From Hemiscyllium ocellatum (taxonomy: Eukaryota), in the NCBI RefSeq assembly GCF_020745735.1, contig NC_083416.1:38465131-38529130 (forward strand): 64,000 nucleotides of DNA. The letters run 5' to 3'. The position numbers and the translations under genes are program-made. Each line of letters opens with the position of its first letter. Position 1 is the first letter of the stretch. Under the pieces are notes generated by a model. It was not told the DNA's origin, made no database searches, and saw nothing but the letters and a program-made list of their open reading frames with translations. Shown here piece after piece: positions 51,810 through 63,849 of this stretch.

Positions 51810-54185
51810 TACGAGATATTGAACAATTCTTCCGCCTCCTTCGCCTCCGTGCCTACTTTTACAACCAAGACTCCCGCCCACCCTCTGACGACCCCTTCTC
51901 CCGCCTCCAACACACCCCATCCACCTGGACACCCCATGCTGGCCTCTTACCCGCCCTCGATCTATGTATAACCAACTGCCGCCGCGACATTAATCGACTC
52001 AACCTGTCCACCCCCTCACCCACACCAACCTCTCATCCTCAGAACGTGTAGCCCTCCATTCCCTCCGCTCCAACCCCAACCTCACCATCAAACCGGCAGA
52101 CAAGGGAGGCGCGGTAGTAGCTTGGCGCACCGACCTTTATACCGCTGAGGCCAAACGCCAGCTCGCGGACGCCTCCTCTTATTGCCCCCTTGGCCATGAC
52201 CCCATCTCCCACCACCAAACCATCATCTCCCAAACCATCCATAACCTCATCACCTCAGGGGATCTCCATCCACCGCCTCCAACCTCATAGTCCCACAACC
52301 CCGCACCGCCCGTTTCTACCTCCTGCCCAAAATCCACAAACATGACTGCCCCAGCCGACCCATTGTCTCAGCCTGCTCCTGCCCCACCGAACTCATCTCC
52401 GCGTACCTCGACACGGTTCTGTCCCCTTTAGTCCAAGAACTCCCCACCTACGTTCGGGACACCTCCCACGCCCTCCACCTCCTCCATGATTTTCGCTTCC
52501 CCGGTCCCCAACGCCTTATCTTCACGATGGACATCCAGTCCCTGTACACCTCCATCCCCCATCACAAAGGACTCAAAACCCTCCGCTTCTTCCTTTCCCG
52601 CCGCGCCAACCAGTTCCCTTCCACTGACACCCTCCTTCGACTGACTGAACTGGTCCTCACCCTGAATAACTTCTCTTTCCAATCCTCCCACTTCGTCCAA
52701 ACTAAAGGAGTTGCCATGGGCACCTGCATGGGCCCCAGCTATGCCTGTCTCTTCATAGGATATGTGGAACAGTCCATCTTCCGCAACTACACTGGCACCA
52801 ACCCCACCTTTTCCTCCGCTACATCGATGACTGTATCGGCGCTGCCTCGTGCTCCCACGATGAGGTTGAACAGTTCATCAACTTTACCAACACCTTCCAT
52901 CCCGACCTCAAATTCACCTGGACCGTCTCAGACTCCTCCCCCCCCTTCCTAGACTTTCCATTTCTATCTCGGGCGACCGACTCAACACAGACATCTACTA
53001 TAAACCGACTGACTCCCACAGCTACCTGGACTACACCTCCTCCCACCCTGCCCCCTGTAAAAACGCCATCCCATATTCCCAATTCCTTCGTCTCCGCCGC
53101 ATCTGTTCCCAGGAGGACCAGTTCCAATACCGTACAGCCCAGATGGCCTCCTTCTTCAAGGACCACAGATTCCCTCCATTTTGATCAATGATGCCCTCCA
53201 CCGCATCTCCTCCACTTCCCGCTCCTCTGCACTTGAGCCCCGCCCCGCCAACCGCTACCAATACAGAACCCCACTGGTTCTCACCTACCACCCCACCAAC
53301 CTCCGTATACAGCGTATCATCCGCCGTCATTTCCGCCACCTCCAAACAGACCCCACCACCAGGGATATATTTCCCTCCCCTCCCCTATCAGTGTTCCACA
53401 AAGACCACTCCCTTCGTGACTCCCTCGTCAGGTCCACACCCCCCACCAACCCAACCTCCACTCCCGGCACCTTCCCCTGCAACCGCAAGAAATGTAAAAC
53501 TTGCGTCCACACCTCCTCCCTTACTTCTCTCCAAGGCCCCAAGGGATCCTTCCATATCCACCACAAATTCACCTGCACCTCCACACACATCATCTATTGC
53601 ATCCGCTGCACCCGATGTGGCTTCCTCTATATTGGGGAGACGGGCCGCCTACTTGCGGAATGCTTCAGGGAACACCTCTGGGACGCCCGGACCAACCAAC
53701 CCAACCACCCCGTGGCTCAACACTTTAACCCCCCCTCCCACTCCACCGAGGACATGCAGGTCCTTGGACTCCTCCATCGGCAGAACATAACAACACAACG
53801 GTTGGAGGAAGAGCGCCTCATCTTCCGCCTGGGAACCCTCCAACCACAAGGGATGAACTCAGATTTCTCCAGTTTCCTCATTTCTCCTCCCCCCCACCTT
53901 GTCTCAGTCGATTCCCTCGAACTCAGCACCGCCCTCCTAACCTGCAATCTTCTTCCTGACCTCTCCGCCCCCACGCCACTCCAGCCTATCACCCTCACCT
54001 TGACCTCCTTCCACCTATCACATCTCTATCGTCCCTCCCCCAAGTCCCTCCTCCCTACCTTTTATCTTAGCCTGCCTGGCACACTCTCCCCATTCTTGAT
54101 GAAGGGCTCTGGCCCGAAATGTCGAATTTCCTGTTCCTTGGATGCTGCCTGACCTGCTGTGCTTTAACCAGAAACACATTTTCAG
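51810..54185 (+). mobile_element. Penelope-like retroelement, 5'-truncated: RT + GIY-YIG endonuclease + terminal repeat; frameshifted
   Basis: IKPADKGG, MDIQSLYTSIP, QTKGVAMG, RYIDD (52817-52831), IYCIRCTRCGFLYIGETGR, HFN, RLEEERLIFRLGTLQPQGMN. Confidence 0.95.
54092..54127 (+). ncRNA. Minimal type I hammerhead ribozyme motif at the Penelope 3' end (C3 to U variant)
   Basis: ATTC-TTGATGA-A-GGGC(TCTG)GCCC-GAAA-TGTC-GAAT: stem I ATTC/GAAT, stem II 4 bp, GUC cleavage triplet. Confidence 0.75.
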
Positions 54186-55555
54186 TTACAATTAAAGTAT
54201 AACTAACCCATTATACCATATTTCCCACTAAGATTTGTTTTAGCAATATCCCTTTTAACCATTAGCATAAAACCATGAACATCAACTCTTTCATTCAGCT
54301 TTCCAAATACCTCTCCCACCCTGCCATAAGTCTCTTTTGCTTTAGGCATTCATGTTCAACTGCATTCTCTGCTTTATTAAACGACACATGTGCTTCCTTA
54401 TCATGGTCCGAGAAGGTAGTCACAGGAATAAAATGTGTGGCAGCTTCTCTGCAAACAAGAACTTTCCTAGATCTTCATCAAGAAGTGGAAATGCATCATT
54501 ATTGATAAAGAAATAGATTTCTGGACCAGGACCTACTTCTTGCACAACACAGTGGTCTCCAGGAAGAATGGCAAATTGGTTTACTTCCCCATGCATTTCT
54601 AAGCCTTTTTTTAAGGATCATCCTACTTACGCAGATGTTTGTCATCCCCAAGTCTTGCTTCTCCATGACAATTAATTTAAACAAATATTGATCTCTCTCT
54701 CAAGAGTTTTATTTTAAAACCCAAGGACATCATTCAAGAACTGTTACAGAACATTCATAATAATCCTGTAGCTCTGAATATTTTTGTAAAGGGTATTTCT
54801 TTTCCTGACATCTATGCATGACTCTGTTGTATCGGTTGCATCGGAATATTAGCTGTCTCAGCAAAGTTTTGGAAATCTTATGTAACCTCTTCTTTTTCAG
54901 TATCTGAAATTTGATTGCATTTGAGGAGAATAGTCATTGCAAAGTAGTCAGACTGCATATGGCTTTGAGCACAATTCATCATTCTGTAGGCTTTATATGT
55001 GATGCTATATACAAAAGCAGCCCTGCGCATGCAATGTGATTTTGAACTGGGTTTCAGTGGTGGTGCCAGGACATGCAATGAGGGGAGGGCAAATCCCTGA
55101 GTGAGAAGGGAAGAGGACTGAGGACCCTGGGAGATTTTGAGGACTTGTAGGGGGCAGTATATCAAGGGATGCACAACATTGTACCAGGAGACCCTCTTCC
55201 TATGTATCCCCAGACAGCTCCGGAACCATGCAGACTCAGGTCATAGTTCCACTTCTGCTCTGATTTCTTTTGGTTTTACATGATCTAACACCTGTTATGA
55301 GATAGCTTATTATGTACTTACTCAGCAACTATTCTTTGAGTAAAGGTATAATTAACATGTTACTCCAAATCTTCTCGTAAGTCTTTATCTGATTGACTGT
55401 TTACACTGCACATCTTCCCAACAAATTCTCTGTGTTTTATGGGGAAAGTCAGTGGGGATGATTTCACCAATCACGTTGAATGTGCATCTCTGAGGCTATT
55501 TGTCCATTCTCCCTGTTTCTAATGAATGACAGTGTTATTGCAGTTTTCTCCTCAG

Positions 55556-55603
55556 GATGAGGTTACACAATACATTCAGCTACTGGCTTATGTTCTCACA
55601 AAA
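55556..55603 (+). CDS. Alternative candidate next exon (DEVTQYIQLLAYVLTK), phase 0-0
   Basis: ttttctcctcag acceptor, AAA|gtgaga donor, 48 nt open. Confidence 0.2.
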
Positions 55604-56389
55604 GTGAGACATTCATGTTTTATTGAAAAATACCATTTAGGTTTTGGACAAGGTACGATATTGATTGTTGGAGCCTTGCCACCATAGTGCTATTGCATGA
55701 TTGGTTCCTTAACCAAGTGTGGGCAGTTCATGCCTCTGTGCTAATGGTTTTTCTTTCTGTCCTACACTATAATAATTGAATTTAATGCATTGGTAAGGGA
55801 GGAAAATTGATTTATAGCCTGCAGCCCTCAAAAGTTGCCAAGGGTGAAAGTATTCTGGAATGGTGTAGACTGGTAGTTGAACAGGGCTAAGGTGAAAATC
55901 TTCATTCTTTCTTCGGTGGTTTTATGGTATATACCCATCACTTGATTTTGCCAATGGCTGGATGGAAACACTGTGCTTGTGCAATGTGAAGAAAAATAAC
56001 ATTTGAAGCAGCAAAGAATCAGAAATACTCATTGGCAAATTGTTACCATTGTCAGAAGCAAGTCAAACTAGGAATCAATGTATGAGAAATATAGTCTTGA
56101 AAGAGGTTGTAATGGCTTCTAGGATGATCTAATTGAGCTTCTGGACTTCAATCCAGTAGGAATAATAGTTCACCAGGCAAAGGTCATCCCTTTAAATACA
56201 AATAGATCAATGGCAGGATATTCTTCTGGCCTGAGTGAAATAGAGGAAAGTAGAAGTGATTCTTATCTGTTCCAGTCTGTAAGTAGCATAGATAGTATTG
56301 TTAAAGACCATGCCTCAAGGTAAAGTGTGATACTTGGCAACCATTCCAATTGCTGAACTCTGGCCTAACACTTGGAAATTTTTTTTAAA

Positions 56390-56652
56390 AATATGGAAAT
56401 GTGGGCACAGCTAGCTGGACCAGCAGTTGGGCCCATTCATAGTTGCTGTTGAGAAGGTGGCAGTGTCCTGCTTTCTTGAGCCACTGCAGTCTATTTAATG
56501 TAGGTTGACCCTGATTCCCTTTAGTTCCAGGATTTTGATGATGGACACTGAAGGGATGGCAATATATTTCCAAGTCAGGGTGGTGTGTGGCTTGGAGGGG
56601 AGTTTTCAGATGATGGTGCTCCCATATATCTGCTGTCCTTGTCCTTCTAGAT
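56390..56652 (-). mobile_element. 3' end of a CR1/L2-group LINE
   Basis: Minus strand ctagaaggacaaggacagcagatatatgggagcacc...gacttggaaatatattgcc...gactgcagtggctcaagaaagcag. Confidence 0.65.
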
Positions 56653-57157
56653 AATCAAATGCCCTGAGTGGACCTTCTGAGAATCAGCAAATGGAAAGCT
56701 TGAGAAATCACCAACCTCACATCATTGATCAAAAGCCTATTAATAATACAGATGTGATGGTATTATTCAATGTACTGCTGCAGGACAGAATTACTGAGGA
56801 CAGGAGGATGTGTACATTTTCGATTGAGCTACACAATTTTCCTGAAAGCTCTCCACTGTGACTGGGAAATAGTGCATGGTTAATGTTGTGAGGGCCTCAA
56901 CTTCTTAAAAGAATTTTTTTTCTCTTGCTACAGTAGCAAGTTGAAGGCTATCCTTGATATAGTGCCATCAGTAGTCTGATGTTTCACTTTAAAAATATTC
57001 CATCACCCTATCAAATCGCATAAACCACAATGAAAATCTCTGGATTCTGGTTGGTATCTCTGCAAGTTGTTTAGCAACTTTGTGTTCAATAAAGTTACTA
57101 ATTGCTTGTGGTCAGTTTCAGTTCTAAAACAGCACATCTAAGGACCATCTAAGGTCA

Positions 57158-57478
57158 AGGGTGTGGTGCTGGAAAAGCACGGCAGGTCAGACAGCATCCA
57201 AGAAGCAGGAGAATTGACATTTCAGGCAAAAGCCCTTCACCAGGAATGATGCTGTGAGCCAAGAGGTTAGAGAGATAAATGAGAGGGGGTAGGGCTGGGG
57301 GTAAGGGAGCTGAGAATGTGATAGGTGGATGGAGATGGGGGTAATGGTGATAGGTCAGAGAGGAGAGTGGAGTGGATAGGTGGGAAGGAAGATGGACAGG
57401 TAGGACAGGTCAAGGGAGTGGTGCCAAGTTGGAAGTTTAGAACTGGGATAAGGTGGTGGGAGGGGAAATGAGGAAACT
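57158..57478 (-). mobile_element. Penelope-like element 3' end with hammerhead remnant
   Basis: Reverse complement of 53870-54180; minus strand cattcCTGGTGAAGGGCTTTTGCCTGAAATGTCaatt. Confidence 0.85.
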
Positions 57479-57479
57479 T

Positions 57480-58075
57480 TTAAGATGTAGTCAGAGAACG
57501 TCTCAACTGTACAGTGTGCTGAGACTACATCTGGAGCACTGTGGGCAGATTTGATCCCCTTATTTAAGAAAGGATATTATTCCATCGGAGGCAATTCAAA
57601 GAAGATTAACAAAGATAATGCTCAATGCGCAGGGATTGTTTTGTGAGCAAAAGTTGAACAGGTTGGAATCTTACTCATTGGAGTTTAGAAGAATGAAAGG
57701 TGATCTCATTGAGACATATAGCATTCTTAAATGGCTTGATAGGTAAATGTTGAGATAATGTTTCCTCTAAGACCAGAGGACATTGCCTCAGAATTAAGGA
57801 GCATTGCTTTAAGACTGAGATGGGGAAGAATTTCTTTTCCCAGAGAGTTGAGCCCTGAACTTCGGAGCTCCCTGCAACAGAGAGCTGTGGGGCAAAGTCC
57901 TTCTGGACATTTAAGGGTAAAATAGATTCTTGATCAGCAGGGAAATCAAGGGTTATGAGTTAGGGGTAGAAAACTGGAAGTGAAGAGTTTGAGATCATTC
58001 ATAACACTTTTGAATGGCAAAGCATCATGAAAGGGCCTAATGGCTTACTGTTGTTCCTACTTCCTTTGATCTTAT
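57480..58075 (+). mobile_element. CR1 LINE 3' fragment
   Basis: gagactacatctggagcactg, tactcattggagtttagaagaatgaaaggtgatctcattg (YSLEFRRMKGDLI), CR1 3' UTR. Confidence 0.85.
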
Positions 58076-58084
58076 AGCCTCAAG

Positions 58085-58395
58085 TTTACATTACATTACA
58101 TACAGTGTGGAAACAGGCCCTTCGGCTCAACCAGCTCACACTGACCCTCCAAAGAGTAACCCACCCAGACCTATTTCCCATGCACCTAACACTATGGGCA
58201 ATTTAGCATGGCCAATTCACCTGACCTACACATCTTTGGACTGTGGGAGGAAACTGGAGCCCCCAGAGAAAACCCCACACAGACAAAGGGAGAATGTGCA
58301 AACTCCACACAGACAGTCACCTGAGGCTGGAATTGAACCTGGGACCCTGGTGCTGTGAGGCAGCAGATGCCAACCACTGAGCCACGGCGCTGCCC
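58085..58395 (-). mobile_element. HE1-type V-SINE
   Basis: Minus strand gggcagcgccgtggctcagtggttggc...ggttcaattcc; ttaca tail repeats. Confidence 0.9.
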
Positions 58396-59594
58396 TGTTG
58401 TGCGAGCAGATCTTTCGCATCTTCTGTGTCAATAAGAGCATTTGATTTCCTCAAGAAAAATATATTTTACTGCGTAGGTTTGCCTTTGAAAATGTTATCT
58501 TTTGTTTGTTATTTTAGAGAAAAAAAATGACTGTAACTACAGGCATGGCTTTATAGCTTTGTGGCCATTACCTTCCACTAATGGTGTGTGGAGTTCCTAT
58601 GATTAAAAGGACAATAGAAAGTAATATTCTTTTACAATTATCAGTGAAAGCATTTTATTATCTTAGACAGGGATTGTTTGCACAAATGAACGGATAAGTT
58701 AAAGAATACTGGAACAAGGCTCACAGGACTGCAATATTTTACAACTAAAATCAAATTTTTTTTCAGCACAGTGGCTGCATTATCACATAATTTGAATTCT
58801 GCTAAGAGCCATACCTAACAGCAAGTAACGACCATCTGAATACAAATGATAGACATCAAAAGATAAGGAGAATAGAGGATAGATTTTCTGTGCTCTCATC
58901 TCAGTTGAGGTAACAGGCAGCTCTGATGGATTGGAAAATTGCAGGTACACTGCCTGTAATTTTCCAATCAATAGTCATATTCAGTCTGCAACCATGTTGC
59001 AGGCAAGCATTGGCAAACATTTGTTTCTATCCACTGTACTTTCTGGGGATTCTGTTGGTGATTATATAAAACATATGGTTAGAAATTGATAACAAACTAA
59101 CTACAAGTTCACTTCTTTTGAAATGAAGGAAGTAAAGAACGAATGAAGATCCAGCTGCTTGTCAGCACCATCATTGGAAATTAGATTTTAAGTAAAATAA
59201 ATGAGAAAACTGTGATTGACTCCTAAAAAGAAAACTTTTGAAGAGAGAAACAGGTTGTACAATTTTAAAGGTTGGGGAAAGTTTAAGTTATAATAGAAGC
59301 CTGAATTGTTAGACTGATGAGGTTTCTAAATCATAACCCCAATCAGGTTTTTCAATCTTATTAACAATCTTACTGTCATCTATATAATGTCATCATAGTC
59401 TACAAAAGCTTAAAACTTGCCTCTGAAAAGTGTACTTAAAAAAAAAGATTTATTCCACATGCATATTTTTCATAACCTTCAATAGTGCAGTCTAAGTTCA
59501 GTGGTGGAAGTGAACATCATCTGCACTCAGGGACAGGTCACCTTTTCTCACACAATCACACAGTTCTCAGCACATTGCATATGCATACATCATA

Positions 59595-60290
59595 TAGCAA
59601 ATACTGGATACACTCTGTGGAGAGATGAACACAGTTAATTTTTAGAGTCCGATACGCTATTTCTTCGGAACTGAAAAAGGCAATGTTTATATTTTTGACA
59701 GAGTCACAGAAGAACCAAGGGAACAGATAGTGTGGAAGTTTGGTGGCAAAGACAGAAGAGTTGCTACTTGTTGTGAAAGTGAAATATAAGTTTTTGTAAA
59801 TAAAAGTGTGAAAGGGTCCTCTGCTGAGAAAAAAAATGAAGAAGCCTCAAACAGAACAAGGCTGGGGAGAGAGGGGTGGAAAAGGAGAAATATAAGAAAA
59901 AAATGGAAGATAGGCACCATACAGTCATACTCTGATGTTGTGGAACTCACTACTGAGTCCTGCTGGCTGTAAAGTAATTAGGTGAAAAATGAGGTGTTAT
60001 TCCTCGAGCTTATATTGTGCTTTATTGGAACACTGCAACCGGCTCAGGGCAATAATGTTAACATGGGAGCCAAGGTGAGTTATTGAAATGATGAGCAAAT
60101 GGATGGACAAGGTGATTCCTGCAGATAGAGTGTGGGTGATCTGCAAAGCAGTCACCACTTTGCGTACTGTCTTACCATTGATTAAGGGCACCATATTGTG
60201 AGCAGTTACTATGTGTAAAAAGTTAATAGAGATTAAAAGAAGAACTAGTAGATCACTACTTCACCAGGGAGGTGCGTTTGCAACTGAGCA
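59595..60290 (-). mobile_element. Old Penelope-like GIY-YIG and tail remnant
   Basis: LQCSNKAQYKLEE*HLIF...LQPAGLSSEF parallels RLEEERLIFRLGTLQPQGMNSDF at 53800. Confidence 0.65.
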
Positions 60291-60369
60291 GGGAGCAGAT
60301 GAATGGACACATTAGAAGGCATAACACTAAGTGATTTTCCTGAACTCTAACCCCAACTCTTATCTAGGA

Positions 60370-60640
60370 TTAGGATCAGCAGAACTAAGGTTGAGGAGCA
60401 AAAGAAGCAAAGGCAAAGCAAAGTAAAACTTTTTACACATAGTAAGTAGTTGGGATCTGGAATCTGACGCCTGAGAGGAAAGTGAGGAAGATTCAATCCA
60501 GTCTTTTGTATGAAAATTGAATAATTATCTGACAAGAAAATACTTGCTGGGCTACATGGCAAAGGCGAGTGAGACTAGATGTAGAGATGTAGTAAGCCAA
60601 ACAGCTGTCTTCTGTGCATTATCACCTTCTGATTCTACAT
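60370..60640 (+). mobile_element. Old CR1 3' fragment
   Basis: aaactttttacacatagtaagtagttgggatctggaat...gggctacatggcaaaggc. Confidence 0.5.
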
Positions 60641-62522
60641 GTCTCACCACACAGATTTGTAAATCATTCAAAGTCTCCCTAGTTTAACAAGAGAAGGCAA
60701 GGACAAGAAGGTTTGATTGTCAACACCGGTGAAAGGTTTTTAAAAGCTTGCATAATATTCTTCTATTCCAATGGTGGCATTAACCCTGTCAATACGAAAG
60801 AAATAAGCTTTCTTAAAGTAGCAAGAAAAATAGTATTGCTGACTATTTTTTAAAGCCGAAGGATAAAATATCAAATGGAATATCTAACCATATGTAAATA
60901 AAAGCTAATTTGCATCGGTAAATTCTGCAATGAGGAAACAAATCATAACTCTAATTCAAACTACATTAAGAAAGCATCAGAAATGTTGATTACATTGACA
61001 TCTGTAAATTAAGTTGATGTAGAACCTTTTAAATACATTTATAAACCACAGAGGAAATTTTTCATTTAAGTGTAATGCAATTGTTTACCTGTTCTACGCT
61101 GATCTTGTTAAATAAATAGATTACAAACATATTCTCCTAATCTCATCCACAATAACTTCTTTAAAAATGTAATGTTACTTAGGCCTTCATTATTTTGAAA
61201 TTTTATTTTTAGAAATAAGTAAAATGCAACATACTTAAAATCACAATTAAGCATTCTCCAGCTTAGAGATAATCATCTGCTTTTCATAGAGCTGAATTTT
61301 CCCACTTTCAATTAAAGTGCGATAATAAGTGATATGACCAGACCCTAGACAAGGTTCCTTAATTTGCAATGGTTCCAGATGAGATATCACAGACTATTAA
61401 ACTCCTAGGTGAGAGAGAATAAACTGGTCTTCCTTGTTTATTCACCCATTCCTTAATTAGCAAAAACAAGCTCAATTTAAAAAAAGATATTTTCTTTCTG
61501 ATATCTTCCTCCAAGAATTAACTGACCTTATACTTTAAAAGGAGAAAGGTTTTACTAAGATTTCTTGAATTAACAAACAGAAGTGTGTTGTTTTCTAATT
61601 ACTACATGCCAAAAATGGTAATGCAACATACAGAGACAGACAGATTAGAAATAAGAGGCGAGTCTAACAAAGTTTTTAAAAAAGGATCGATTAATCTTTG
61701 AATTGTTCATGAGGAGTGATGAGTTGAAAGTTGCAGTGGAGGTCACAGTAACACTAACATTGATAACTGAATTATTGATCTCATGATCCTTAGTTTGGCA
61801 GATTGGTTCAGATTCTGCAGTTCTGATTTCTGTCAACCTTGATTGAATTCCAACATTCTGTATGTGAGGGAGAATTCTTTTGTTGTCCTATTGGCCTTGT
61901 GGCTAACTGACTTATATCATTCAAAGTAGAGACGTTCTTTACCTGAAAAGTGGGGGTGACAAGGGGTTAGTTCTTTCACTGTGGCATTCACAGCATACTA
62001 CTGACTGAGTCCAGATTGATATACTCACAAATATTCAATCCCGTTAGCACACATCAGAAAAGTTGAAGTTTTGAACTCTATCCTTGAGTATTATTCAAAG
62101 GAAAAACACAACAGCCATAGGAGTTTGGTTATCATTGTAATCATAAGACATTACAATCCAGATTGCCTGAGGTTTGTTTGACATCTTTAGTTGTTATGTC
62201 CAATCAGCCCCACACAGAATCCTTGCCAGAATTTACACCTCCAGTTATTGTGTTTCTGCAGCAATCCTCTTTAAAAATCACATTTTGGAATTAAGATTTG
62301 GCAACGCCTGTAATATTTCAGTGCTCTGATCCATCCTCATAACACAGTCCACATTGGTCCACTGTGGTCTGTGATTAATTCTCTGGGTGTAGTAAGTGCT
62401 CACCACTTCTAGGACCTTTCAGCTTCCATGCCTTTAACAACATATTTAAAATCCAGCTGCACATAAATTCAGACACCACAAGCCAGGAACTGTCTGTCAA
62501 ACTGTGGTGCTCAGCACTGAAA

Positions 62523-62752
62523 ATGTCTAAGAGAAAAGGAAAATGAGTTTCTCACTTTGAGGACAGGGATCTGGGGGTGCTTATGGATGGGATGGCGGTG
62601 AGAAGAACAGTCCTTTTTCCATGCTGAGTACCAAAGGAGACCATATCAGCTTCTGGGCAGACATTGAAACTGCAGTTAATGCTTTGTCCAATATCAAAAG
62701 AGAGATCAAGCAATGCCACAAGAAGTTCAAAGATCTTCTATGCTCTACATAA
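62523..62752 (+). pseudogene. Harbinger Myb/SANT-like gene first-exon remnant
   Basis: MSKRKGK*VSHFEDRDLGVLMDGMAVRRTVLFP / WADIETAVNALSNIKREIKQCHKKFKDLL, followed by gtaaat donor; stops and a frameshift. Confidence 0.75.
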
Positions 62753-63390
62753 GTAAATGCTACTATCTTCTATCTGTTATTTCATACTCATAAGATCACT
62801 ACTTACCATAAATCTGCTATGTCACATACACCTCTCCAAAGCTCTCTCAGTTTAGTGTGCATCACATCCAGTTAACAGTTCTCAATCTTCAGTTCTGCCT
62901 TTCATTCTTCTGAACTATTAGCCAATTCCGACATCAGCACTTTCATTAAATGCTCTTTCACCATGCTTAATTCCTCCTTTTATCTCAATGCAAGAATTAT
63001 GGCCCACATCCCAGAATGACATATCAATAAAATTCCAAATGAGCTTTATTCCCCAGACTGCTTGCATTTGACCTTGAGGACAGATGTGGCCAACCTGCTG
63101 TGAAGTAATCAGATGAGCCACATGACTCCTAACTGACTATAATCTCCCTTCACCGCACAATGGACTCTTCTTTAACTTTCACACATTGTCATTTGCTTGA
63201 AGCACATGCATTACATTTGTTGTGTAAGCTGCTGGTGCATGCTGCAGCTATGAAGAAGGTGCAGTATGGTGCTATACAGTAGCATGACTACTCCTGTATG
63301 ACTAAAACATTTACAGTGCATTCCTCCACCACATGGTGCAGAAGGAGAGGCAAGCAGATTGAGACAAAAAGAAGCTGAACAGCAGAATCT

Positions 63391-63567
63391 AAGGTTAGAG
63401 ACAAAAACAAACTGCAGAATCCAAAATAGACAAGCAAGAGGCTGGAAGAACACAACCAGCCAGGCAGCATCAGGAGGTGGAGAAAGGGCTACACCCGAAA
63501 TATTGACTTGTCCACCTCCTGATGTGGCCTGGCTGGCTGTGTTTTCCAGCCTCCTGCTTGTCTACCA
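63391..63567. mobile_element. Fold-back Penelope-tail element with 13 bp TSD
   Basis: tagacaagcaagaggctggaagaacac...caggaggtggagaa / ttgtccacctcctg...gtgttttccagcctcctgcttgtcta; central agggctacacccgaaa; flanks aacagcagaatct / aacaacagaatct. Confidence 0.8.
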
Positions 63568-63849
63568 AACAACAGAATCTGGCAGCCTGTAATATAGTAC
63601 TAAAGTCAATATGGGCTAAGAAAGCGATGCAAATCAGGAAAAGTCTGGAAGTTTCTAAGTAAGTGATCAAGTGAGTGAATGTTATGAAAACAAGCTAAAA
63701 GCCATAGGATGCTAGTGTCTATTTCAGTCAGTGCAAAAACATCTTGTGCAGTTGCATGAAATGTGTGGCTAATTCAGCCCTCAACACAATCTGGCAGAAG
63801 CATGCAAGTCATAGCTGTCCATCAAGTCAAAAGTGTTGAAGGCCTGAAG

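Noticed and set aside
53188-53790. 200 aa Pro/Thr-rich ORF and overlapping antisense ORFs
   Set aside because: Alternative frames of the C-rich Penelope coding sequence; same artefact at 32980-33486.
54300-54690. Minus-strand exon-like segments (tttgcag acceptor, gtaagt donor)
   Set aside because: No recognisable product and no further compatible exons found.
61645-61945. Ser/Thr/Asn-rich minus-strand ORF near a ttttcag acceptor
   Set aside because: The acceptor leads into a different frame that stops early; no supporting donor or homology.
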